Source: Lama guanicoe
Lineage: Eukaryota
NCBI GenBank assembly: GCA_013239625.1
Contig: MU054323.1
Location: 7,429,220 to 7,493,219, forward strand
Direction of reading: 5' to 3'
Length of the DNA stretch: 64,000 nt
Shown piece by piece: positions 52,595 through 64,000 of the stretch; the first letter of the stretch is position 1, and each line of letters begins with the position of its first letter. Position numbers and translations under genes: made by a program. A model generated the notes under the pieces. That model worked only from the letters and a program-made list of their open reading frames with translations. It was not told the origin of the DNA and did not search any database.

Positions 52595-52715
52595 AAAAAA
52601 TTTTTTTAACTTTTGCCTATTTTATTTTATTTTATTTATTTATTTTAATGGAGATACTGGGGATTGAACCCAGGACCCCATGCATGCTAAGCATGAGCTC
52701 TACCCAGCCCCCCTC
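52595..52715 (-). mobile_element. tRNA-Ala-derived SINE (vic-1-like) with internal deletion
   Basis: Plus strand ttttaatggagatactggggattgaacccaggaccccatgcatgctaagcatgagctctacc is the reverse complement of the SINE body; T-rich tail on its left. Confidence 0.88.
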
Positions 52716-55416
52716 AGACCTATTGTTTTTTAAGGGAGCTATCATTGTGCTCATATTTGTTTCCGCCACTGACACAATATTCATGAAAATGCTGTGTATC
52801 TCTGTTACCTGCAAGCGCTTTTTTACACAGAACCTTGGACTGAAGGCCTTCAAATGTTTGCTAAATTAAATACTATTACAATACCTGGGCACAAATGGTA
52901 ACTGGTAAAAAAACAAAACAAAACAAGCTAGCCATATTAAAATACTAGTTTTAAGTAAGAGCTCCAAGTATCAGCATAAAATAAGGTATTCTAACCAAGG
53001 AAGGGAAACTCAGTGGCCTGCTGCTCTTTTTTTCTACCTCATACAGCATTTCAGCTCATGAAAAGCTGCCAGGCAGCAGTCAAGAGTTACAGAGGTCACT
53101 GGGATTCTCTTGTGGCCTGAAAGTTCAGTTCATTGAGTGAAAAATGGGCAATAAGTACACAACTGTATACTACAGATGGTTATTTATTATTTTAAATGTT
53201 GATAGAGTAATTGTTCCCCCTGGCAATTCAATGCTGAACACAAGAAATAGAAGACAACAAGAAAGGGGGATATAGTATTTGAATCTTCATTTGAACACTC
53301 TTGCTGGCACTATGTATACAAAGGCAATCTTACCACAAGTATAAGGATTTTTAGTCAGCTTCCAAAAATGTATATTAACCAGAGAATCAAGACTCAAAAC
53401 AAACAACAAAATCTAAGCGCTAGGTGAGGAAAATAACATAACAAGATCACTAAAGAATAAAAGAAAACTAAAATCTGCAATGAGAAATCCAAAGGACATA
53501 CTTCTAAGAAATTCAAACTTTTTGTCATCAGGATGATGCTAAGGAATAAAGAAAGTGCTAGAAAGAGTCTGTGCTTCAAATTAAAACTATATAATCTAGC
53601 AGAGTCCTGCCCGAGGACCTACTCCCAAATCAGTCTGGAGCTAACATTGATGCAGCCAACATCAATGCAGCCAGTGTTTATGATTCTGCATAATAATTTG
53701 GGTTAATATAAGTAATATATGTACATTAATATTAAATTATCAAATATATTCTGGTTATTTTAGTTGAACATGTGTGACTATTGTGGTTTTTCTTCTCTTC
53801 TACACCAGTCAAGAGCCAGTGCTTACATCAGTCAGCATAATGGGTGACCAGGTGGAAAAGCAGAGAACCCGAATGAGGACAGGATCAACAAGTGTGCTGA
53901 CTAAGGTCAGGTTTTGGTGAAAGTATTCTTTTTGCAAGAATGCATCACATGGTAATTATCGTAATTACGATATACTTGGATTAGTAAACCAATATAAAAA
54001 GTGCAAGTTTTGCTTAAGCAAACAAATATTTGTCCTTATCCATAATAACTTCAGTACAATTCAAGCGATGCATTTCATAGGAAGTAAAGGCCCAAACAAA
54101 AAAACCCCCTAGAAATGCCATAATTTCAAAATTTGTTTCCCAGCATAAAAATTTACATATGTAAATAAATGTTAGTGTGATAGTTAACATGTTTTATTTC
54201 TAGATATTTCAATGACTTCCTATTTTTCTATCTCTGAGAAAAATGATATCATTAACCACATAAGGATGTAATCAATAAATATACTACATATAAAGTCACA
54301 ACAGAATGTTCATGTGGATAACAACACATCTCAGCAAACAAGATTCTCTCCACTTGGTACAACAGATACAAAATGACTTTATGAAAACATTTAAAAGTAC
54401 TATCCTCCAAAAGAACCAATAACACTGTAATAACAGCATAAATCTCCACCTAAAAATCCTGTTTGGAAAAAAATTTATTTGTTTTAGTCTATTTAAGAGA
54501 TTCCAGAACTTTAGGAAATAATCCTGAATCTAAGGACTTGTGAACGAAAGCTATAATTGGGCAAAAGGCTGAGAAGTTTAAAAACTAAAAAAAAAGGCAT
54601 GACTAGGAGGGGAGAAAATAAAAACAGCATGTTAGTGCTCCCTCATTCTTACAAAATGAAAAAAGAGGCCTCTGCTTCCTAGTGTCGCCTAGATGTCACT
54701 CTTCCTCTTTCGTGGAAGGAGAGACAGGCAAGAACCTTAAGAGAAGGGAGGTTCCAGAGAAAAACTAGGGCCTTTCTTTTAATGAACTCAACCTAAACAA
54801 GGAGAAAAATTGATGGCAATAGCAGAAAAACCCAAGAACTTACTAAGAGGTAAGTACCATTTCAATTCTAAGTGAAACAAAGATTTAAGTCAAACTACAG
54901 GGAAGGATACTGATAGTAACTCAACAGTCAAGAAAAAAACTGAATATGGGTGAAAACCAAGACCCAATTCTATCTTAGCTATTTTCCTTTAAACTATTTC
55001 AAAATAAGTATAGTTTTAATGGTTGATAATTGAATATATCTAAATTTTTGGAGCTATGTTTTTATAAATTAAAACAAACAAACAAACAAACAAAAAAGAA
55101 GTCATGGCTAAGTAAGGTGGGTTCAAGCAGAAAACCACCATCTAGAATCTTGGCGGGGGGAAGAGCCTAGAGTCTGAATCACCAAGTTTTATGACCTGAT
55201 ATGACTACCTCTTGGTACCCTACCTAAGTAGTAAGTCCCCTCTCGTTTTTTTTTTTTTCTTTTTGAGAAATAAATATTCCTCTTTTGAAAGCTAAAACCA
55301 CAAGTTCAAGTGATGGAGTGCAGTTATAATTTCCAATGATAATAGCTAAGGACATCACAAATACTGTCCGTTCATAGGCTTCCTACAACTTAAGGAATGA
55401 TACAAATTCTGCTTAC

Positions 55417-55522
55417 CGTTCTCGACATGGGCAAGCCTGTGCATCAGAGGCAGCCAGACAAGGCACTGGGGAGGAGGATCGGCCATCATGGTGTCTAGAA
55501 ACATGTTTAGCATTATCTTTTT
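55417..55522 (-). CDS. DTNB: Beta-dystrobrevin internal coding exon, 106 nt (probably exon 7), end of EF-hand-like region
   Basis: Minus strand reads tttttcttctcttcacag|AAAAAGATAATG...GAGAACG|gtaagc. Translates [35 protein letters not shown] plus 1 nt. Residues [13 protein letters not shown] and LMHRLAH match beta- rather than alpha-dystrobrevin as I recall them (alpha: VTLNGFLDTLMSD, LLHRLAN). Exon number is from memory of the human gene. Confidence 0.97.
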
Positions 55523-55689
55523 CTGTGAAGAGAAGAAAAAACAAATATACGCCATATTTTTCAAGTCACTCTGAACTCCAAGATTAAGTTAATTTAGAAT
55601 TTTCCCAAGGGAGAATGAATTACATGGGAAATTTTACAGCAAAACAAACAATATTTTGCATTACTACAGACACTGCTACACACTATCCT

Positions 55690-56200
55690 ATACACTGCTG
55701 CTATATTCAGATGCAATTCCATGTACGTTATTTTGAGTCTTCAAACAACTGCAAAAGATAAACAGGCTAAGTATTACTATCTTCCTTTTACAGATGAGAT
55801 AATGAAGGAACAACACATTTAAATGGCTTGTAAAGGTCCTAGTTGAATTAGGACTACAACTCAGGTGTCCCTCAAATCACTATTTTTGTTATCCAGCCGG
55901 GGAAACAGACATCACACAATTGATTATAAAACGTTGGCCATCTGGTTGTCTGCCATATTTCTAGCATTCCTAACACTGCCGGGCGCACCCCAGGCACTAG
56001 GAAGTAATTGCTGAATAAATACTAAAGTGAGGAGCAAACACTCAGATATCATTTAACAACCTTCCCACTTTATAGAAGAGAAAACTAAAGCCCAGGGTAG
56101 TAATTTGACCAAGTCACAAAGATAGTTATTAGAAGGATGAGATTATAACTTAAGTATTCAAATGCCCACCACAGTACTCCTTTCAGTATACCATCTCCTG
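55690..56200 (-). mobile_element. Degenerate MIR fragments
   Basis: ccttttacagatgagataatgaagg and cccactttatagaagagaaaactaaagcccag...tgaccaagtcaca. Confidence 0.55.
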
Positions 56201-58093
56201 GCTAGGCTGCATTTCTCTGTTCCATCTTTCTCTTTTTTAAGCAAACATATAGTAAGTTTCCACGGTATGTGAAACACTGATATAATTATGTTCCACGGAA
56301 ACACAGAAAATTAGAAAATAGTCTAGGAAAAAGTCATAGGATATTGACAGAACAAATCCTTAACAATATTTCAAACTAATGAATTTTCTTTTTATTTCCT
56401 CTAACCCACAAAATAACCTTCCAGCTCTAAAATGAAAAGAAAAAGGAGGAAAAGGCAGTGCCACACAACTTGACATGACAGTTTTGTAACTGAAACCTGG
56501 ACACTGAGGCCCCCACTTCAAACTTTATTCCAAAACAAGAGTGGACTCAAAGGGGAAACATAGGAGAACAGGAGATGCGCAGCCCAGCAAGCAGGCCTTT
56601 CCCAGGCACTGGGACCACCATTCAAGGTTGGGAGGGACGGCAGCGTAGGGCTGGGAGTCAGGTAAAGCCAAAAGGCACACAGAATTTCATCTCACTCTCC
56701 CAAGTAACTGTGTTCTCTGTCCCACCACTTTTCTTGAAGTGAAAAACAGGGTATTAAAAAAAATGCAGCCTTTCCCCATAAAACTTAAAACTACTTTATT
56801 TCAGGGGGAAAAAAAGGTAAAAGAGATTAAGAATTGGTTCGAGCTAACAAAGATATTACTGGTTGATTATAAAATAACTTTGATTTTTACCACTAAAATA
56901 TTCAACAAAAATTGGAAGTCAGGAGCAAAGGCATTGTGGTATTTAATCAGGAGGACAGTGGCCTCCAGGCTTCTCCTCTGATCCACCATGACATCTTCCC
57001 AACAATGGTTCCCATCATGCAAACAGAGGCCAACACAGACTTACTTCTGTGCATCTTTTTGGCAACTGTTAGAATCTTGAGTCCAGTGTCTGTAAACTGG
57101 AAGTCATTCTTACTGAGAATAATCTTTAAAAGAAACTGGTAAGCAGGGAATAGAAAAGGGAGGTAAAGGAGATGAGAGAGCAAGAAAGCAGCTTCTACAA
57201 TTTTAACTTCAAAAAAGATGAAGAAATCTGAAGGAAAGTCTCAGATCCAGGACAGAGACTCCAGGCCAGCACTGATTGGAGGGAGGGGAAGGTTCTGCCA
57301 TGTATGCAAGCGGGCTGAATGAGGGTGACAACAGTATAAAGTTATCATCCAAAGGCCCTTAATACATAGCTGTGCATTGATGGTGTGGTTTGAGAAATGC
57401 CTACTCAAACAGGCTAAAGAAAGTTTTCAAAGTGCTTTCCATCTCAGACATCCAAGTCATTAATGTTTCTGCGATCTCACTGGAATCTTGGAGAAATGGG
57501 TGAACAACATTAGAAATAATACCAGAAGGTCACCCAACATCTGAGTGGAGGTCCAGACACGGAAAACGCCTCTGGTTATGGATATGCAAATAACCACAAT
57601 AAGCCAAAATGAAACTGAAAGTGTCTACTTAAAATTATTGAGAAAGAAGATGCTAGGGAGTTTTCTAGCTAGTATGAGGTGGTTAACAAACATTAAACAT
57701 ACTATTTGTTATAAACTTAATGTTTAAATTAATATTTCTGCATCTTCTTCTATTTGTTAAAAATTACACTTTTACAAATCCACTTACAATCCTATTGCTA
57801 CTTTCCCTAAAAAGTTCTGATTCACCTATCATGGAGTTTTGTGGAGATTTTTCATCTTTCAGATGAAAAGGAACATTTACATTTGATATTTCAGAACTCC
57901 CTCATAAGTACACTCATGATCAGTTTCCAAAAGTTGTCCTAAGATCACACTGTAATTTGAAGTCCTCCAAAAGCACGAGGAACGGAAACCAGAACCATAC
58001 ATATCCCAGCGCTCTGTTTTCCTGTAACTACGTGATTTGGGGGAAATCATTTAAAATTCTGGTTTCCCTTTTCTCACCCCTGTGGGGCCAGAG

Positions 58094-58708
58094 CAGTGGT
58101 TCTCAAAGTATGGTCAGAGGCCCCCTGGCAGGTTCCTACAACACTTCCAGGGAGCCCATGAGGCCAAAACTGTTTTCATAATAATACTAAGACATTATTT
58201 GCCTTTTTAAATCTCATCCTCTCATGAGTGTACAGTGGGGGATTCCAGGGGCAACATGGCATATCCACAATCATCTGGAAAAGCTATTAAAATATTCCTC
58301 CCTTTTCCAACTACACAGCTGTGGGAGACCAGATTTTCTTTCCATACTTCAACCAAAACAACATATCATGACAGACTGAATGGATAAGCGGATATGAGAA
58401 TTGAGCTGCCTTGAGCCAAATATTAAAGAAATTTGCAAAAAACAGAAAACAATGGCATTCTTATTAAATTATTTTGCTTTTGAACACACATTTTTCATAA
58501 AAATATATTATTTTAATGTGTAATAGGTCTATCATTGTTCTTTTTAAAGAACTTAATAAATATTTTTAAAATTTATCAATTTTAGTTTCTAACATGGAAA
58601 TATTGTTAGATATAATCCACATAAACAAAAACTCTCTGGGATCCTCAAATATTTGGGGGGGGGAGCGGTAGAAAAATGTCCTGAAACCAGACAGCTTGAG
58701 AACTGGTG
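58094..58708 (+). mobile_element. Charlie1-derived (hAT) internal-deletion element
   Basis: TIRs cagtggttctcaaa / ttgagaactggtg. 8-bp TSD ggccagag (58086-58093) vs ggacagaa (58709-58716), 6/8. Internal ttcataataatactaagacattatttgcc and gctattaaaatattcctcccttttccaactaca (transposase C-terminal remnant). Confidence 0.85.
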
Positions 58709-61302
58709 GGACAGAACTGCCAGCTCTAAAATTCCAGGATTCAGTAAATAACTACGTGAAAGATAGGCTGGCTCTTTTTCCTACCTTTTTGGGTTTTTTT
58801 TTTTTGGTTTTGCTCTTGAGTTGAACACATTCTTTGTGTTTCTCTGTATTTTTTATAACACAATATTTACAACAAAAACTGTAATAAAATTGTAAATAAT
58901 GCACATTCCCACAATTCTTATTTTTCTGTATTTCCCTCCAAATCGTATGTTTCTATATAATTATGCACATAGGGTAGATAAAAATTTATAACCTGTTTTT
59001 TTTACTTAATACTGTATTAAATATTTCATTGTTTTGCTATAAGGTCTTCTTTTCTAATCATTTTAACAGCTGCTTGATCCACTGAGCAAAAACATCATGA
59101 TTTATTTATGCCTTCCTCAATAAAACACTGAGGCTGTTTTTATCTCTGTATGCACTCATATTTTTCTTAGAAATCGTGTTCCTATTTGTCGCCTACCTCC
59201 CCACTCTGTTATTCTCATCCTCAATACTGACAATTATTAGTCTAGATGCCATTCTCACTTCCCTCCCTCCACCTTGGCTACAACTTTCCTGTTTTAAAAG
59301 AGGGGAGGAACCATGTCTTAAAAATGAGAACTCCAGTATCACTAAAATAACACGAGAAAACAAGTAAAATAATTCAGCATTAGATCATCATAGCTGCAGT
59401 TTCCAATCTCATCATTTCCACCAAAAATTCCTATTTCCTTATGGGCAACAGGTAAATGTTTCTTATCCATTGCCCTCTCACTTACTTGATAATCAGTTAA
59501 ACAGTGTATGACATTTAGCTAACAGACTTAAAAAGAACATTTTAAAAATCTTTCAGATTAAAATGTTTCTAAATAAACTTTTATGCAGAGTTACAGAAAT
59601 ACTTGGGGCATACATTAACTGGTTATAGGGACAGCGCTATGGGTCAGCCTTTCAATTATTACTAGACCCTGAATTTGTCCACATCACAGACTTCTTGTGG
59701 ACTTTGAAGATGAGAGCACTTTGTAATGACACAACAATGTAGTGTTGCTGTGCTTTTTTACCAGAGATACTTTTACATAGTATAGATTTTTTTTAAAAGA
59801 TTGAAAAACCCTTCAAAAATTCTGAAATTCTGTATTTTCCTCATTGCAAAGATTGCTTCATTTGAGAAAATCATGGTATAGTATCATCAATGGAAACAAA
59901 AATGTTAGTACATCTGTGAGCTTTAAGCTTGTGATCAGAATTCAAGCCAAGATACTTTCTCATGCCACATTTGATTTAAAACCATTACTCAGTTAATCCA
60001 ACAAATATCAAGTAAGTGTCGATTTTCCAGATACTGCTGAGTTACGGGGACATAAAGATGAAGGAAAGCAAGGTGCATCCCTTCAGGGCACAAGTGAGCT
60101 AGATGCAACGTGCCAGGGACTGCCGAAGACGAAGCAATTAATCCCACATGGAAAGATTCAGAGTATCAAAGTCGAGGAGATATTTCAGCTGTGCTTTGAA
60201 ATATGCGGCCTTTGATGGAGGAGAGAGAGACGGTCCAAGGTTACTGACATTTCAGTGAGAACTAATCGCATAAACAAAGACAAGAAGTGTAGCATTTTCG
60301 CTCACTCAAAATGCACATTACTCAAAACAAGGGAAGTTTCAAATCAAAACGTTTCTCATCTATCAGACTGGCAAAAATTCCTAACTGTAAGAACACGTGC
60401 TGTTGGCAAGGCTGTGGAGAAAGAGACAGCTTTATATATACGCTGCTGGTGGGAATGTGAATGGTACAGCCCCCGTGGCACTGGGGCAATATCTAAAAAG
60501 AACCCATGGCGTGCCGAGGGAATCAGGAATGAAGGTGAAAAGACAGGTTGGGGGTTGGATTGATAGGCACCATCTCGTCTGGTTAAGAATCTCATCCAGT
60601 AGGCAACAAGAAGTTAGCAAACTTTTTTAAAAAGCAAACTAAGGACATTGACAGAGCTGTTTTTTAAAATGTTGACTTAAATTCAAATTTGTTTATGATT
60701 AAAAGGAATAATGAAACAAAAGCAGTCTCTGAGCAGGCATCGTCCTCTTCTTTAGATGCCATTTGGCTGGTAAGTAAAGTGACTATGAGACCAGAGTCCT
60801 GAGGGTTTCTTTGGCAAAAAAGCTTCCTGCTTTCCCGGAAGACTAGTGAACCCTGTGGCTCTCAGCTAGGGAGCGCATGCTAGGCTGTGCCACCAGTGAG
60901 CCCCAGAGAGGCAGCTGGGCCAGCGGCCCCCAACACTGCACGTCCAGCAGCCTTCAGCCCTGCCCCGGGGCCAGGGAACCAGGGCTGATTTCATCAGAAC
61001 CTGTTTTCAGCTCATGAGTAACAACAGAGGGGAGGACCTTTCCCATAGCATCTACACAGTAAGCACTGCTATCTAACAAAAATCTTTTTTTTTTTTTAAA
61101 AAAAAGAGAAAACAATCTTGGAGCCACTTGTCATTCCTACCTAAGGAATTTAGTAAGACACTGTCCTCCACAGGCCCGACAGGAACAAAACCTCAACAAA
61201 ACAAGACCTCCCAGGTCTCTACAATTTTGTTCAAGCTAATGAATGCCAGTGATACACACTTCATTACCATAGACCTGTTCATTACAAAATCCATTTTATA
61301 CG

Positions 61303-61992
61303 CTGTATTTCATCCAGCCTAAGACACCACCACTTATAAGATACACCATTATTTTTTTCCTACCACTAAGAAAGAAAAACACTCAGCCAATTAAACTAAC
61401 TCAATGACTTAATTAACTGTAATCCTTCGTGACATGTGAATCCGTCACACCAGCCTCTTGAACTGAAATTCCTTTCATCTATTCAGAAGGATCTAGCAAT
61501 TTCGTCAAGGTTCAGTTGTGCTGCTTCAAGTGACAAGAAATTATTTTGGTCACATCTCAGTAAAAAAAATAATACAGCCGCATCTATTTGTGGATATTTT
61601 CCTTTAAAAAAAAAAAGGTTCTGAAAGCACTTGGTGTTGCTTTGTAAGAAAATATGGAATTCCTCCAATAATCAATATGTATCTCATTAATATTAAACTT
61701 AATCCCCTGTTATGTCCATGGCTTTCTGTGTTTACAATAACTTTTTATTTAATGCTAAATCAGAGTGCATCCTTTCTGAGAACATTTGAAATGACACCAC
61801 ACACAGTACCAAAAGTGGACATAATTCAGCTGAAGTGACAACTGGAACAGCTGTGACCAAGTTCATACTTGGAAGTGACAATCCATCATAACCACTGCCC
61901 AGCCAACTGCAATGGTAAGATGCCACTGGCCATACGAGGTATCCTGAGAGATGTTAAGGTGTGAAAAATGTCTTCCAATCAATGAAACATGG
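61303..61992 (-). mobile_element. Kanga-like TcMar-Tc2 element with transposase N-terminal remnant
   Basis: Termini ctgtatttcatccagcctaag and ccaatcaatgaaacatgg followed by TA, resembling the ccgtatttcatcgattctaag TIR. Minus-strand ORF 61483-61668 contains KGKYPQIDAAVLFF, similar to the CENP-B/pogo HTH start. Confidence 0.65.
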
Positions 61993-62479
61993 TACTAACC
62001 CACACTAGATTATAATGCTAATGAGCGGCTGCTAACAGAGGCTGTAAAATCTGCTTAATTAGAATACATATGAAATACACAAATACATGTATTCATGTGC
62101 CAGGCAATTTTTGCCAAATTTTATTCAATGTTCTGGAAATCAAGGTCCAAACATCCAGAAAATGTCTCATTTCAAAGATACAGTGGGAAGAAAAGTTACT
62201 TTGGCATACAGCAGAAGAATATATGTCAGTCCAAGTATAATCAAAGGACATATCCAGGCAAGAAATATTCTTGCTATTTTGAAAATCGGCAATAACATAA
62301 TCCCTTTCTACCCTACTTCCCTCTCCCTCTGTGAACCACAGAGATGGCGGCGCAGTGTCCCATAAAGTACTATCAACCGTATCTCCTGCAACATTGATTG
62401 AAAAAATGCACCTGTTCCCTCTCTCACTTCCTCTCCCTAACTCTCCTCTCTACTCACTCAGGTTTCCCTTTCATAAAGA

Positions 62480-62990
62480 CAGGCAGCAGGCTTATTTACA
62501 AGAATATGTATTGCATTGGTGTTCATAATAGCAAAAAGTTGGAAACAACCTAAAAGTCCAAAAATGGGAAATTGATTATATAAACTATGCGATATTTATG
62601 CCATAGAATAGCATGCATCTACCAAAAATTATATTATGGAACCTTTCTTTATTATGTAAAATATTAGTCAAGGCTATTAAATTTGTATGTTTAATGTGAA
62701 AAAATTTTTTGCCTACTTTTCACAATAAAGGATGTGGATTTATGTAATTTATAATTTAGTAGCTTTAAAAACATCAAAAATTAAAAGCATTTATAAGTCA
62801 ATTCAACAGAATGCATCGACCGGAATAGTTAAAATTCAGTGACTGACACCAAATGTTGGTCAAATTTGGAGCAACCAGAAATCTCATATAAGCCACTTTG
62901 GAGAAGCCCTGGTGTTTTCTTATAACCCTAAACAGATACCTACCCATGACCTAGCAATTCTGCTCCTAGGTTTTTCCCAAGAGAAATAAC
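62480..62990 (+). mobile_element. L1ME-like 3' UTR fragments
   Basis: ttcataatagcaaaaagttggaaacaacctaaaagtcc; ctacccatgacctagcaattctgctcctagg. Confidence 0.7.
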
Positions 62991-64000
62991 AATTTCACTA
63001 AAGGAAGGTCCTTCTGCAGGATTTTCAGCTTCTTTATTAAAATAGTCATACTTTCTCTTTAATTATGGTCATTTCTTTTTCAGCCCAGAACACGAACATG
63101 CTGGGGGAAACTACATATAAACCAACAACGCAAACCCCTCTTTACACCGACACCGCTCTCTACTGAGGGTGCACAGGCTAACGCACACCAAGGGAATACA
63201 TACACAGGAAAACAAACTGCACGGGAAAAGCTCATTTTCAGAAGAAAAAAACCCAAAATTTGTTGAATTTAACTTGTTGCATGAAACTTTGTCCAAACTG
63301 TCTTTCTCTTTCTTTTTTCTTCTTTGGTCATTCTATCAGTAGCTTGTATTTCTTTTGCAATAAGCTTTTCGACTTTTCCAAATTTGGCATATTATCAAAA
63401 CAAGGCTGAATTGTTTAAATAAGAATCTGAAGCAGGTAAAAAGCACCAATCAGGTGGTGAGTTCAAAGGCCTCACAAAAAAGGTAACATGTAGAATCCTA
63501 GACAGAAGTCTTAGAAGAAGAATTCCAACTTCTAGAAGATAGAATTAACAATTGGAATTTTTTAAATCCTCTTTAACATTTTAAACTGTCACTCCAATTT
63601 AGATTCTCATTTTAGTACTCACGTTACAATTCAATCAAAGATTACTTTAGGTTTAGTGCACCACAGAATTATCATCCATTGGTGAAATGTTCTACACTGA
63701 TACTTCCTTGTATAAGTTCCCTTCCCCGTCCTGACACTGCTTTACTTAATAGTAGCATTCCAGAACTTGATCAAATTTTAGCCTGACCTCCAGGAAGCAT
63801 CTGTGTGAAAAGCCACACGAACATCACATACAAAATTCCCCCAGAGCCCTGTGGAGGCAGCCGGTCGATGTGATGGCACTAATAAAGCAGCAGCAGTGAG
63901 ATGAGTTCTAAATGAAAAATCGTTGTGGTATCTTCATCCTACTCATCCTCACTTGTATCTCTGTAGGGCATTTTAAGACCTGCAGCACATTTGTGGACCA

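Noticed and set aside
14160..52715. tRNA-Ala genes
   Set aside because: Each tRNA-like head has an A-rich SINE tail and substitutions, and two have TSDs. They are retroposed SINEs, not canonical tRNA loci.
49571..53675. Small tandem duplications (aatcacaggtat at 49571-49623; aacatygatgcagcc-like units at ~53644-53673)
   Set aside because: Two-copy slippage duplications; no array structure.
28716..55522. Assignment to DTNA, dystrophin/utrophin or dystrotelin
   Set aside because: Diagnostic residues ([36 protein letters not shown]) match beta-dystrobrevin.
237..63296. The many 60-148 aa ORFs in the supplied track as genes
   Set aside because: Apart from those overlapping DTNB exons (52044-52232, 55355-55564), they fall in repeats, microsatellites or AT-rich intron, many begin at non-ATG codons, and none resembles a protein I recognise.
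1..64000. CRISPR arrays, operons or other prokaryotic systems
   Set aside because: The sequence is mammalian intron; no regularly spaced repeat-spacer structure or dense coding was seen.

Overview
Mammalian, largely intronic genomic DNA, most likely a camelid (alpaca/camel) judging from several tRNA-Ala-derived SINEs of the vic-1 type. The window lies inside the beta-dystrobrevin gene (DTNB) on the minus strand. Three coding exons are present (55522-55417, 52243-52077, 28840-28716). They have canonical AG/GT boundaries and compatible phases, and encode the end of the EF-hand-like region, the ZZ zinc finger and the following linker. The rest is intron filled with L1, L2, MIR, MaLR LTR, hAT and Tc2-type transposon fossils and microsatellites. 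I found no convincing new biological system. The best leads are splice-signal features in the gene's sense orientation (a 91-nt poison-exon-like cassette, a recursive-splice-like AG|GT site, an 8-nt microexon-like motif, a possible internal promoter) and a 44-bp perfect-TIR hairpin flanked by 6-bp direct repeats. Repeat family names and most repeat boundaries are by-eye estimates from remembered consensus sequences; exon and TSD coordinates were counted base by base.
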